A stretch of DNA of 42,799 bases from Octopus bimaculoides (taxonomy: Eukaryota): positions 193,417,754 through 193,460,552 of the forward strand of contig NC_068981.1 in NCBI RefSeq assembly GCF_001194135.2. The letters run 5' to 3'. The notes under the pieces were generated by a model. That model searched no databases and was not told the DNA's origin. It was given only the letters and a program-made list of their open reading frames with translations. Shown here piece by piece: positions 24,700-36,285 of this stretch. Position 1 is the stretch's first letter. Every line of letters starts with the position of its first letter. Made by a program: the position numbers and the translations under genes.

Positions 24700-25720
24700 A
24701 AACACATTGAGATACCTGGCTCATAACATTGGCCTATATCGTGGTGACAGTTTGAGTATTTCCCATGGGTGTGATGGTCACACTCTTGGTAGATTTAGGA
24801 AGCAACTATATCCTACCTTTAATCAATTAGGACTTAAAATCTCAGTAACTACTAATCTCTGTATGGTTGATTATTTAGATGTTTCCCTAGATTTAAACTC
24901 CTCCTCATATAAAACTTTCCATAAGCCCAATGAAAAACTCACATATATCCTGTAGTATATAAAAATCTGATAGCTAATATTAGTAACAGAGTGTCTAACC
25001 TCTCTTCTTCCAAAGAAATTTTAAACAAAGCTGCCCCCTATTATAACAAGGCCCTAGCCAATAGTGGCTTCAAAGATAAATTAATATATAATCCCTCTAA
25101 TAATAATCAAAATATTAATAATAGATCAAAGATAAAGTAGTTCATAACCACTCCAGTATTAATCAGGATAATGAGAAACCTAAAATAGGCCTAGGAAAAT
25201 GATTTGGTTTGCTCCTCTCTTTCTCCTTAATATAAAAACTAAATTTGGTAAAAGATTCCTGTCATTCCTAGACAAACATTTTCCAGCCCTTCACAGATAG
25301 AGGAAAATATTCAATAGGCGTTCTGTGACATTATCATAGAGCTGCTGCCCCAGTGTGAAGAGTATCATTACACGTGGTCAATACCAAGAGCCTAAATCCA
25401 GTTGCAACTGTTGTGACCCAGAAACCTGTCCACTAGACCAACGATGTATGACTAAATCTATCATATATGAGGCAGAAGTTACTGCAACTGTAAATAATAA
25501 TACAACTGTTAAGACCTCCACTGGATTATGAGGAGGAGAATTTAAAAATCGCTATGCCAGTCACATAGCCTCCTTCCGACATAGGAACAAAAGTAAAGCT
25601 ACTAAGTTGGCTGGCTACATATGGACTTTGAAAGATAATGAAACAGCACATGTGATCAAATGGAAAGTAAATGAGAAATCCATACCTTATGATATGTGGT
25701 TTGCTCCTGAAGAATATGTT
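24700..25720 (+). mobile_element. Degraded Penelope-like element (RT C-terminus and C-terminal GIY-YIG endonuclease)
   Basis: IGLYRGDSL (GLYRDDGL-like), VDYLDVSLDL..Y..FHKPN..L.YI, KAAPYYNKALANSGF, CNCCDPETCPLDQRCMTKSIIYEAEV, FKNRYASH, TKLAGYIWTLKD. Confidence 0.8.
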
Positions 25721-26192
25721 TGAGATTTCTCAACATATGAAACTATTAGTAGCGCTTTAATACATGTTTTGTAATCTTTACATAAATAATATTTATCTCT
25801 CACCAGATCGAGTACATTTTTTGTTGAATTTTCTATCATGGATCAATGCGTTATATGTATATATACATATTTAATATAATAAATGTAAAAATTAATATCT
25901 GTGTGTCAGTGTGTCACACTTAGACCCCCCCCTCTCTCACTATTCAATGACACTCCTACTATTCCTCATGATGGGGTGAGAGTAANNNNNNNNNNACCCC
26001 CCCCTCTCTCACTATTCAATGACACTCCTACTATTCCTCATGATGGGGTGAGAGTAATAGTAGGCATAGAGATGGTGAGGACGGTGGCGAAGACAGACAG
26101 TGAGAGAGAGAAAGAGAGACAAAGAAATTTTGAGAGTTGATGATGTTTTTTTTAAAAGTAGTAGTGTTGATGGTGGTAGTGCAAGTAATGAT

Positions 26193-26197
<5 letters not shown>

Positions 26198-26242
<45 letters not shown>
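26198..26242. repeat. (GA)n microsatellite
   Basis: Dinucleotide run. Confidence 0.9.
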
Positions 26243-26247
<5 letters not shown>

Positions 26248-26509
26248 ATGTGAGAGAAAGAGGGACTCAACATTGAATTAACCTGCTGAATAACATACTG
26301 AACAAACACACTTAGCCATTTAACCATGAAAAATTGTGCTTTAGACCAATAGTTTTCAATGTGGATCCTATACAATGGTGCACTAGGATGAAGAAACTTG
26401 TTTAAAAAACACCCTGAAATATGTTGCTAGAAATCCTCTCTGTACTAATTTACTAACACCACTTTTCAAAACAAGAATAAAGAAAAAATAATCTAAAAAA
26501 AGAAGACAT

Positions 26510-26653
26510 AGGCAGAGGAGTGGCTGTGTGGTAAGTAGCTTGCTTAGCAACCACATGGTTCTGAGTTCAGTCCCACCGAGTGGCACCTTGCACAAGTGTC
26601 TTCTACCAGAGCCTTATGAGTGGATTCGGTAGATGGAAACTGAAAGAAGTCCA

Positions 26654-26690
<37 letters not shown>

Positions 26691-26915
26691 TGTATGTATA
26701 CATGTATGTGTGTTTGTGTGTCTGTACTTGTGCCCCCACCATCACTTGACAACCAATGTCAGTGTATTTACATCTCCATAGCTTAGTGGTTCAGCAGAAG
26801 TGACTGATAGAATAAGTACTAGGCTTACAAAGAATAAGTCCTGGGGTCGATTTGCTCGACTAAAAGTGGTGCTCCAGCATGGCCACAGTCAAATGACTGA
26901 AACAAATAAAAGAAT
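26510..26915 (+). mobile_element. Full-length tRNA-derived SINE (Octopus-type)
   Basis: Same family as 19119-19517: TGGCTGTGTGG A box, AGTTCAGTCCC B box, internal (TA)n, tail CCTGGGGTCGATTTGCTCGAC. Confidence 0.85.
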
Positions 26916-27259
26916 ATATCTATGAAGCTGGTCATAAAATTCCTTTGGGAATTTTCTAGAAAGATGAAAGAAATAATACTGAGAAAAAGCAACGTCAACA
27001 ACAACAACAACAGCAACAAAATTATAACTGATCGTTCACACACATTCTTGGCTTTGGTACCAAAGAACAGGGTAGGCACAGCAGGTCAGTAGTGCTCAAA
27101 GTAGTCATGGTATATGTATGTATGTATGTATTATTTCAAGATTTCTTGCCAATAGAGAAAGAACCAGTTTTTAACCTAGATCCTAGGCTCCTTCATTGGA
27201 ATTTTAACATCAACAACAGGGTATTTTTGTATGTATGTATGTATGTATGTATGTATGTA

Positions 27260-28538
27260 TCAGGTCATCCCATAAGTTCTGTCCGATTTTACCTTTTTTA
27301 AAACTGAATGAAATTTAATAGTATTTTAGAATGTCTAATGGAATTAAAAATTATTTTTATGCATTTGTGTACATTTAAACTAATTAAAAATTATTTTATA
27401 GAATAATAGAATTAAAATTTCTTTGAATAAAACTTTTTCTAACATGGAAGTATCCAAAGAGCATTTGGGGAACATAATGCTTTATGAGTACAAAAAAGGT
27501 AACTCTGCAGCCGAAGCGACTCAAAACATATACTCAGTTTATGGGAAAGAATGCTTGAATGAAAGAACTTGCAGAAGATGGTTTGCAAAATTCAGAAGTG
27601 GAGATTTCAGCCTTCAAGATGAAGATCGAACAGAACCTCCAGTTGACTTTGATGATAAGCTCCTTGAGGTATTACTTGAAGAAAATCTTGCAGAATCAGT
27701 TGAAGAATTGGCAATAAACCTTAGTTCAAACCATACAACTGTTCATCGTCATCTTCAACACCTTGGAAAGGTTCCTAAACTTGGAAAATGGGTGCCTCAT
27801 GAATTGGCCGAAAGCAACTGCAAATCCCGAGTTGACATCTGCTCTTCTCTCCATTCTCGCGAACTCATTTCACCCTTTTTGGATAGACTTGTGACGAAAA
27901 ATGGATCTTCTATCGAAATGTTAAACGTTGTAAACAGTGGCTTGGTAAAAGGGAAAAAGCTCAACCACAACCGAGAAAGGAAGTTCATGGGAAAAAGGTT
28001 TTTCTCTCTATCTAGTGGAATTGCAAAGGAGTAATTCACTTTGAATTGTTACCACCTAATGCAACAATCAATGCTCAAGTCTACCGTCAGCAATTAGAGC
28101 GTTTGAACCAAGCTTTGAAGAAAAAAAGACCCGCTTTAGTGACTTGAAAAGTGATGCTTCATCAGGACAATGCGCGACCTCACACTGTAAAGATCACTTC
28201 ACAGAAGATCGAAGAGCTTGGTTGGGAAAAATATTCCTCATCCACCTTATTCTCCCACCCTTGCTCCTTCAGACTACCATTTGTTTCGTAGTTTACAGAA
28301 TCATTTGGGGGACATAACTTTCGCAAGCCAGGAGGAGGTCAAAACTGACATTTCAGAGTTCTTTGCTTTGAAACCAAAAGAGTTTTACATTGATGGGGTT
28401 AAAAAGCTTGTAAATAGATGGAAGGAAGTCATAGATAATCAGGGAAAGTACATTGATGATTAAATTTCAATTAAATATAACATTTGATCACTTGTCTTCT
28501 TTATTCAAAATTCGGACAGAACTTATGGGATGACCTGA
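27260..28538 (+). mobile_element. Full-length mariner (DD34D-type) transposon, 1279 bp
   Basis: Perfect 27-bp TIRs TCAGGTCATCCCATAAGTTCTGTCCGA (27260-27286 and 28512-28538), flanked by TA on both sides, next to a (TATG)n run. Confidence 0.95.
27444..28463 (+). pseudogene. Mariner transposase pseudogene
   Basis: HTH region, WVPHEL, DEKW, HQDNARPH, YSPTLAPSDYHLF; frameshifts near 27895 and 28230 plus in-frame stops. Confidence 0.92.
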
Positions 28539-28569
28539 TATATATATGTATGTATTCTCATGCATATAG

Positions 28570-31290
28570 TCGCATATCTAGACATGCTCATATATATTTA
28601 AATAGTAAACTTTTGGAAAGTTTTACAGATTTTTACAGTTCCAGTGATAGATTGGATCTGTAGTCTTCAGATTACTTTTCTCCTTTCTCATTTTTAGAAG
28701 CCTAATTTCTCAAGATTGGTATTTAGGCAGTGTGTTACATATCCCAGTGCCCCAATAATTATAGGTATAAACCTGAACTTATAATCTAGATAGAGTAATT
28801 GCAGATTTCTCAATAGTTCAGCATAGGTGTTCTCTTTTTCACTGATCTTCAGCTTTATGTTAACATCTGCTGGGCAGTTAATCTCCACAACTGGGCATAG
28901 TTTCTCTTCTCTATCTCAAATCATTATATCAGGTCTGTTGCGCTTACATTTTATTGAGGTCTTCACTGGTACATTCCACCAGTATTCCTTTTTATTATGA
29001 GCGGCTATGGCTTCTACCATATTGTGGGTTTTTATTCTTTGTCCTCAGTATTATCTTTCCAACAGATTTCATTATAGAGTGTCCTAGCTACAACGTCATA
29101 TCTCATCGGTAGATAATACCGTGGTGACATTTTTGGACAACTGCTTATGATATATGTGATATCTTCAGTGTGAACTCCACAAAGTCTGCATCAATTGTCA
29201 CATTTTACTGCTTTTCCTGCATCTCTATCCCTTTTTTGCATCAGGAACTTGGTTGATATTTCCTGTTCCTGCATTGCAAACACATACCCTTCAAAGTGGG
29301 AGGTAGTAATCCGGCTATTGGTCTACAATAGACTACTTTGATGATCTATGTTACTATCATCACAGAACTTTCTACTAACATAACCATGTATGGTCTTCTG
29401 CTCTTATATGCTCATCCTTTCATCTGAGGATACGTTGCAGTAGAGTCGTGCGACTTATTTGGGTATGTATTCTAGGTTACCAGACAAGGAATGCTGCTCA
29501 AGAAGCTGCCTTCCAAGTCTTATGATGTTATTGGACTCATGTATGCAAACTTGGTCAAGAGATGCACTTCAACACTTGGTGGTTAAAAGATGTTGCCGAT
29601 GGGATATGATACGGCATTGAAAGGCATTTTGGATCGATGTTAAGCCTCTGCCACTTTGTTTTTGTTTTAGGTAGACGTGGTCTACATCATTGTTTATGTG
29701 GAAATTATCTGTGCTTGTTAGTAACTTCCAGGTTTTCACATGAATGGTTCGGATCTCATCTAGCATCCAATCAAGCAGTCCAAATATTGGTATGAGTACT
29801 GGCACTGCAAACACATTGTGTGCTGCTGTTTTATTGAATGCAGAGAGATCTGAGGTCCAAAGTTTCTTTATTTGGTTGGAACATTCTTTAGTGTCACGTG
29901 TTTTGTTTTAGGTGCTATTGTAAGGTATATCTTCATCTACCGCCAGATTCTCGTAACATTCCTCGTGAAATACAGGGGAAACAGTTAAATCGTTGATGGA
30001 GATGCTGTTAGTCAGGTTTATAGTCTTCCCCCTTTTCACAACCATATAACAACGTTTATCCTGACCAAACTCCAACCCTACATCCTTTCAGAATGTTCTA
30101 ACTAGCTCAAAGCTCTTTTTCATCTCATGCATAAAGTTTTTCTCTCTTTGCATAAAGTTTTAAGTCATCCACAAAGAAACAGTGTGTAATTTTGGTATTT
30201 CTGTTTCCTTGTGAACCAGTGAGATATCCTTCAGACCTCCTTAGCATGAATGACAAGGAATTTACAGAAAATATAAAGAGCATCACAGAGAGGCTGTCAC
30301 CTTGGAATATGCCTTTGCGACACTGTATTCTATCAGTGATAATACAGCCACTCATTGTGTTTAAGTTTAATATGGTGGCCCACGATGAAATCATGTCAGC
30401 TATGGTTTCGACTATTCTCACTGGAACTATAGCAAGTTGAAGGTTTCTGGAATCCATGAGTGGGGAACAGAGTCAAAGACATTCTTGTAGTCTCGCCACA
30501 TTGAAACTAGGTTCCTCCTATGCTCTCACACCTCTGACATCACAGTTTTGTTGATTAACAATAGCTTAGCACATCCCCAGGCTCCCTTCTTCCCAGCTGT
30601 TTGTTCTGCTGTGATAATGTTATTGGTTTCACAATGGTGTTGCAGGAATAGTTTTAAACTGCTGTATATATTTTATACATTAAGTTCTGGCATGAAATCG
30701 GCTGGTAGTTTTTTGTCATGTAGGTAGTTCTGCATTTGGGGATCAATTTTGTCTGTGCCAGAGCTAACCAATGTGGTATGCTACTGTTCCCAATAAAAGC
30801 TTGCTGGTACAGATTGATAAGATATGGTTGTAGAAAGTTAGCTTCTTGTACCAATATCCATCAATCAACTCTCTTCCAGGTGCTTTCCCATCCTGGAGTT
30901 TCTGGATCACAGTTAAAGGGTATCACCATCAATGCTGTATGTCTTGGATGTAATGCAAGAGCAATAACTTCTTTGGATTTCTTCCAGTCACAGAGCATCT
31001 GGGTTAAACTCCTTTCTTTTCACTCGAGGTTTTTCTCCAGAAGGAGTCTATAGTCTTCTCGGGAAAGAGCTTGTGTGATGTTCATTGCTCCTCCTCTCAT
31101 GTCTCTGTAAACTGCTGCCTGGTTCTGATTAAAATTCTTTTTTATTGTTTTTCTCTTGGTTATTCTTTTCTGATTTTGGGGTTTCTCACTGACAGCGTTT
31201 AGCTCCTGTTTGAGGGTAATCAGTTTGTAAGTGAGTGTCCTCTTTTGCTGTTTCTTTTGCTGTTGGCATATGATCAGTTTTGTCTTTTGT
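28570..31290 (-). mobile_element. Degraded R4/Dong-type LINE (RT, CCHC and RLE), ~2.7 kb
   Basis: NFNQNQAAVYR, KNYQPISCQNLMYK, KGIFQGDSLS, HCFFVDDLKLY, FAVPVL, CRLCGVHTEDITYIISSC, NRPDIMI, EINCPADVN..KENTYAEL. Confidence 0.9.
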
Positions 31291-32664
31291 TGTTTTTTTT
31301 TTCTGGATGGTAATGAATTCAGAGAGGAAATTCTTTTTACCAGACGTCTTAAAACAGATGCTAAAGGCAAAATAATTTTCAAAGGCACTCTCACTTTTTT
31401 CGAGGAACATAATATTCCCCTGAGAAACATATGAGTTTGTGCTAATGACAGTGCTCCACCCATGATTGGCAGATAGAGAGATTTTATTGCCTGTTTAATA
31501 AATGCTGTATTTCGTATAAACTGTGTACTAACACCAGCAACACTTACTTGCAAAACAATTAAGTGCACACCTGCACGATGCCCTTAATATTGTGATATTA
31601 TTTACAAGACCGCATCTTTTATGAATTCTGAAATCAAAATGAACAATTTGAATGCTTTGTAATTCACACAAACATGATATGGTTATCAAAATGTAAACTG
31701 TCTGCGTCAGTTTTTTTTTTTTTTTTGTACTTTGGTATATTATTGTCTCATTCCTGGCTAACAACAATCTCAGCCAACAAACGGTTGCAGCTAAATGTGA
31801 TATATTTTATTTATCAGAGATATTTGATAAATATATCTGATAAGCAGCTTCAAGAAGACTTTGATCTTTTATCCTCCAAAGTACAGCTCTAGAAAATAAA
31901 TATTATATGCTGTGTATTATTACAATTTCCCTGTTTGGAATCAATTAACATTAATCTGCATGATGGTGACCTTGTATTATTTACTGAACATATGAAAAAC
32001 TTGCCTAATGATATGCAAGCTTAGTTTAATGACCTGCTGCAGTTAAATATACCGCGTTGGGTGACATTTCATGTTGCTGATGTAGATATCTATTTGCAGA
32101 AGAATCTCATTGAATTGCAGAATGATGAAATATTTCTAGCAAGATTTAAAGATGGAGAACATAATGTATGGAAAAGAAATGACACTGCTACAAAGTTTCC
32201 TCCTCTATCCTGGAGTGGAAGTGCAGTTGTACTTTACTGCTTTTCTTTTATCTTCCTTTGTTGAATTTGGTTTCAGCCATGTCACTAATTTACTGTGAAA
32301 AGCTGATAATCGAATCAACATTGTAGAAAAAGGTGATCTTCAATTACCATTGAGAACATAAGAGCAGAACATTTTAAAACTAGCAGAGCAGCACCAACCA
32401 CCAGACTTGCATTAAAGAAATTAACACTAAAGTACTACCTTATATTAATAAATATATACCTTAGGAACATTAATTTTCTGTAGAATTTAGTTAAGAAATT
32501 GGTTATAGGTCTACAGTACACAAGATATGTTAACGATTTTAATACAAGTCCTAATATGATTTTTTAAACATTGAATGGGTATGGTGGATGTGGGGGAGGG
32601 TGCATAGAAGTAAAATAAGAATCAAAGGGGTTCACAGGTAAGAAAAAAATGTTAAGAACCCCTA
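31290..32664 (+). mobile_element. hAT-superfamily transposase relic (ZBED8/SCAND3/FAM200-like) with 3' end
   Basis: FREEILFTRRL, CANDSAPPMIG (DGA motif), NCV/HQQHL (CxxH), IHTNMIWLSK (TRWLS-like), EFGFSHV; terminal GTTAAGAACCCCTA resembles a hAT TIR. Confidence 0.75.
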
Positions 32665-33449
32665 GTTTATGTAGATGTTGTTGAAGTTGAGAGTTTGATA
32701 CGTAGGTGAGAGATAGTATTTTCAAGAAACTTTTCCTCAAACTTGACCCAATTGTAAATGAGGTATGAAATAAAATATGTGGATAATTTTTGGCAAAGAA
32801 GCTATAAGGAAGAAGCTATAAAGAATATTTTATGTTGAGCTTTTAGATTTAGCTGAGTTTCGTTAATTTCATATTATGTGCTATTTTTCCATAATCCTCT
32901 TTCATGTGACCAAGATATTTATGATTTTGTTGCATTTCTGATCTTTCTGATGTCTAAGGATGGATGTTTAGGTGTATGATCCATTTTGCAAATTTAATTC
33001 TAGAGAAATGAAAGGGCATATTTATCTAGTCTTGTGTTACCCATTTTGCCCCGCCTATATTTGTCTTTTATATGCCAAGTGAAAACTGATAATTTTCTGA
33101 AATATTGTTCTGAATATATTATAGGTTTTACTGCGAATAGAGAAGGTGTTTACTCCATTGATACAATTTTGGCAAGGTAGTGAACATTTGTAAAAAATCT
33201 ATTTTATTCAAAGTCAAAAATGCAGTAAATATTACTTATTGTACCCCACCTACTCTTAATGGAAACTGGAAAAGAAGACTTTTGGAAATAGCTGTTTCAA
33301 TTTTCCTGTTTTTATCGGGGGGGGGGGCACTTTCTTTCTTTCTTTCTTTTTTTTTAACACATTACAAAACAATGAAGGGAAGCCGTTTTATAAAAAGAAT
33401 TTTTGAAATCCACGTCTTTGAAATATTGGTGTCTCTACCCCACTCGCTC

Positions 33450-33520
33450 CTTCTTTCTCTCTCTTTTTCTCTCTCTCTCCCTCCCTCTCTCTCTCTTTCT
33501 CTCTCTCTCTCACACACACT
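33450..33520. repeat. (CT)n/(CA)n microsatellite
   Basis: Imperfect dinucleotide run. Confidence 0.85.
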
Positions 33521-33846
33521 CATCTTATCTTTGGAACAGCAACAACCACAAAAATGATTCCTGTCTTTTTCGTAATTTTCTGTCATTTTATCTTCTACAT
33601 TCTGAAACATATGTAACTCACATTAAAAGAAAGAAAACCTTACCCCACCCCCNNNNNNNNNNNNNNNNNNNNNNNNNNNNNNNNNNNNNNNNNNNNNNNN
33701 NNNNNNNNNNNNNNNNNNNNNNNNNNNNNNNNNNNNNNNNNNNNNNNNNNNNNNNNNNNNNNNNNNNNNNNNNNNNNNNNNNNNNNNNNNNNNNNNNNNN
33801 NNNNNNNNNNNNNNNNNNNNNNNNNNNNNNNNNNNNNNNNNNNNNN

Positions 33847-34145
33847 GGATCTTTATGATTTGACGGGCAACACTTGTTTTCTTAACGAAACACTTTCAAA
33901 CTTGGGACACTGGTAGAATGTGTCATACGAAACAACTTTTTCTCTTAGCCTTCTTAACAAAAAGTTGTACATCGCAAGTTATTTCATGTTAAAGTTGTCG
34001 TATTTCTGTAATTTCAACCAATCACTGACGTCTATTCAGCTGAATACAGTCAGTGCTCTTTTGTAAACAATAAATTTCTGCTGGTGTTAAGTGTGTTATT
34101 CCCTGTGACATATTTCATCCGGTTTAATCGTAATTTATACGCATA
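33847..34145 (+). mobile_element. Non-autonomous DNA-transposon (MITE-like) family copy
   Basis: 33847-34050 is homologous, in inverted orientation, to 42460-42657 (GGATCTTTATGATTTGACGG...CAATCACTGACGTCTATTCAG.TGAATACAG). Confidence 0.6.
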
Positions 34146-34147
34146 TG

Positions 34148-34190
34148 CGGGTTCTAGAGTTAGGGTTAGTTTTAGGGTTACGGTTAGGGT
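34148..34190 (+). repeat. Degenerate (TTAGGG)n, left arm of a palindrome
   Basis: CGGGTTCTAGAGTTAGGGTTAGTTTTAGGGTTACGGTTAGGGT; complementary to the 36671-36727 arm. Confidence 0.8.
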
Positions 34191-34542
34191 TGTAGTAACG
34201 CCTTGTCTCATGCGCATGCATGGTGATTGGACATCCAAGTTTGGCGCCCTTATTCATTCTCTTTCTCGGCCGGCCGGCCATGAGCCCAGACGTGTCAAGC
34301 AGTGTCTCCAACATTCCGGCTCTGGAGGCAGCTCATTCCAACATTCCAGCTCTGGAGCTAGACAAATAACCACTCAACATCATTGACGGCGTCTCAGCAA
34401 CCAAAGGGCGAAGTGCTGCCTATTTCCTCTGTAAATAAATATTGTTGTGTTGATGGTTCGGAATCTGCGTTCCGTTGTTTCTTTTAGAAATTTAATGTAC
34501 GGAAACGGTGTACACCTAATGGTGTATAACCACTTCCCTATA
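34191..34542 (+). repeat. 5' LTR
   Basis: 352 bp, starts TGTAGT, AATAAA at 34434-34439. Confidence 0.92.
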
Positions 34543-34544
34543 AT

Positions 34545-34556
34545 TGGTGACCCCGA
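34545..34556 (+). other. Primer-binding site complementary to the tRNA-Trp 3' end
   Basis: TGGTGACCCCGA, two nt after the LTR, matches the first 12 nt of the known tRNA-Trp PBS TGGTGACCCCGACGTGAT. Confidence 0.85.
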
Positions 34557-35675
34557 GTAAGAACAACCGCAGCCGAGGATTCTGATCTACCGACCAATAA
34601 TACTACACTGCCGCTGCAGACATAAGTAAATACGGCATTTCGAACAGCTACCCAACTCAAGAACAAACGCAGCCCGGAGATTTCCTACAATTGATGACCC
34701 TGAATAAAGAACGACTGCAGCCGAAAATCTGAGCTACATATCAATACTACAATTGGTACCCCGAGCTAAAAGATCTACAGATCTCGTTTCAACAGCCATT
34801 GAATTCGTATGTTTCGCGACGTTCAACATCAGGATTGCCTCTACATTCTCATCTATCACAAGTGAAAAACTAAGAAAATTTTTCTACGTTAAAGTTTTTC
34901 ATTTTGTCAATGACTTCCAGAGCCCATAACCGAAAATTTCTTTACTGCTAAGACCTTTGTGGTTTTTCACACAAAAAATTTCACGGTTATTTCATCCTAA
35001 CAACTTTTTGAGCAGTTTCCTACATGTTTCACGAGACGTCAATTCATTCTTACACAGCGTCCTCTACTTGCTGAAAATAGCAGTAAAATGCACAGTTACA
35101 TTTCAGTGAGTACATAACATTTATTGATGCTTACTTGTTCCCAGTTCAGCATATTTCGTCACCTCTCCGTTTCTCTCGGCCGGAGAATGGAAGAGTTACT
35201 GGCTTATCTTCATTTGCACGGGATCTTTTGGTCATTTTCGCTCGCAGCTCCGAATTCATGACAGCATTTTCCAGCAATGCCACCAACGGTACCTCTCAAA
35301 TAGACGCCCTGTCAAATTTCTCTCTCCTGATACGCAACAGCAGCAGCACTTACAGCAGTTAATTCAAAAGCTGCAGTCGAACAACAACAATAATTCGAGC
35401 AATATGGCTGTGTTGCCACAAATGTATTATTCGTCCTATACACAGCAGCAGCACTTTCAACTACGTATTACAAGATTCACCAACAGCGTCAACATGACAT
35501 CCTTACCACCACACACATACAGAACACAGCTATAACCAGTTTCCAGCGCCGACGTCTTCACCACCAAGGTACTGTACCACATTGTCGTCGCCAGCAACAC
35601 CAACATCAACAAGCCCGGTTTTTATCTCGTCTCTGTTAGAGTGGATGTTTTCCACTCACGATCAACAGACCATCC

Positions 35676-35900
35676 AGAATATTCAGTACCAGGTAACAGG
35701 TCCCAGCCAGCATCCGACACTCAACTACAGCTCTGCTCCTTGACCGCAACATCCTGCGTATGAACATTCTAAATCTCCTTGTGTAACTTTTATAGAATAT
35801 TCCGTACCAGGTAACACAGGTCCCACCCAGCATCGACGCTCAACTACAGCTCTGCTCCTTGACTGCAACTTCCTGCGTATGGACATTCTATCTCCTTGTG
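35676..35900. repeat. 118-bp tandem duplication inside the LTR element
   Basis: AGAATATTC.GTACCAGGTAAC..CTCCTTGTG begins at 35676 and 35794; the copies are diverged, so not a gap artefact. Confidence 0.85.
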
Positions 35901-36285
35901 GAATTTTAATACGAAATGGTTTTCTCCATATCAGTGTTTTAAGACTTTTCACAGTCTATGTTACAGACACTTTTACTATGTTCTGTGTTTTTTTTCTCAC
36001 ACACACACTTGTGCACTCATATATTTTCTTTCCTTTCAGAAAAAAACAATCAGACTTTTACATCGCGTGATTCCAGTTTCCTGGACAGTTGTCATCACAG
36101 TTGTTTTGTCATTGTCAATTCATTTGTACATTGCATGCATGTATCTCACAAGTGTACATTCATTTCTTTGATTTTTCTTTGTGTGTGTTTGTTCCACATC
36201 TTGTGGTTGGTTTCGGTGGCCATCTTGCCTCAGGCGTTCCTCCAAATTTTCTATTTTCGTGCTTTCAGCACTCGCAGGGGAGCCA

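Noticed and set aside
24700-25900. Hammerhead ribozyme or pseudo-LTR, or selenocysteine recoding, in the Penelope-like relic
   Set aside because: No CTGATGA..GAAA core or repeat was recognised. The stops are mixed and accompanied by frameshifts, consistent with decay.
31020-31568. 182-aa minus-strand ORF as a single gene
   Set aside because: Chimeric: the first half is antisense to the hAT relic and the second half is R4-type LINE.
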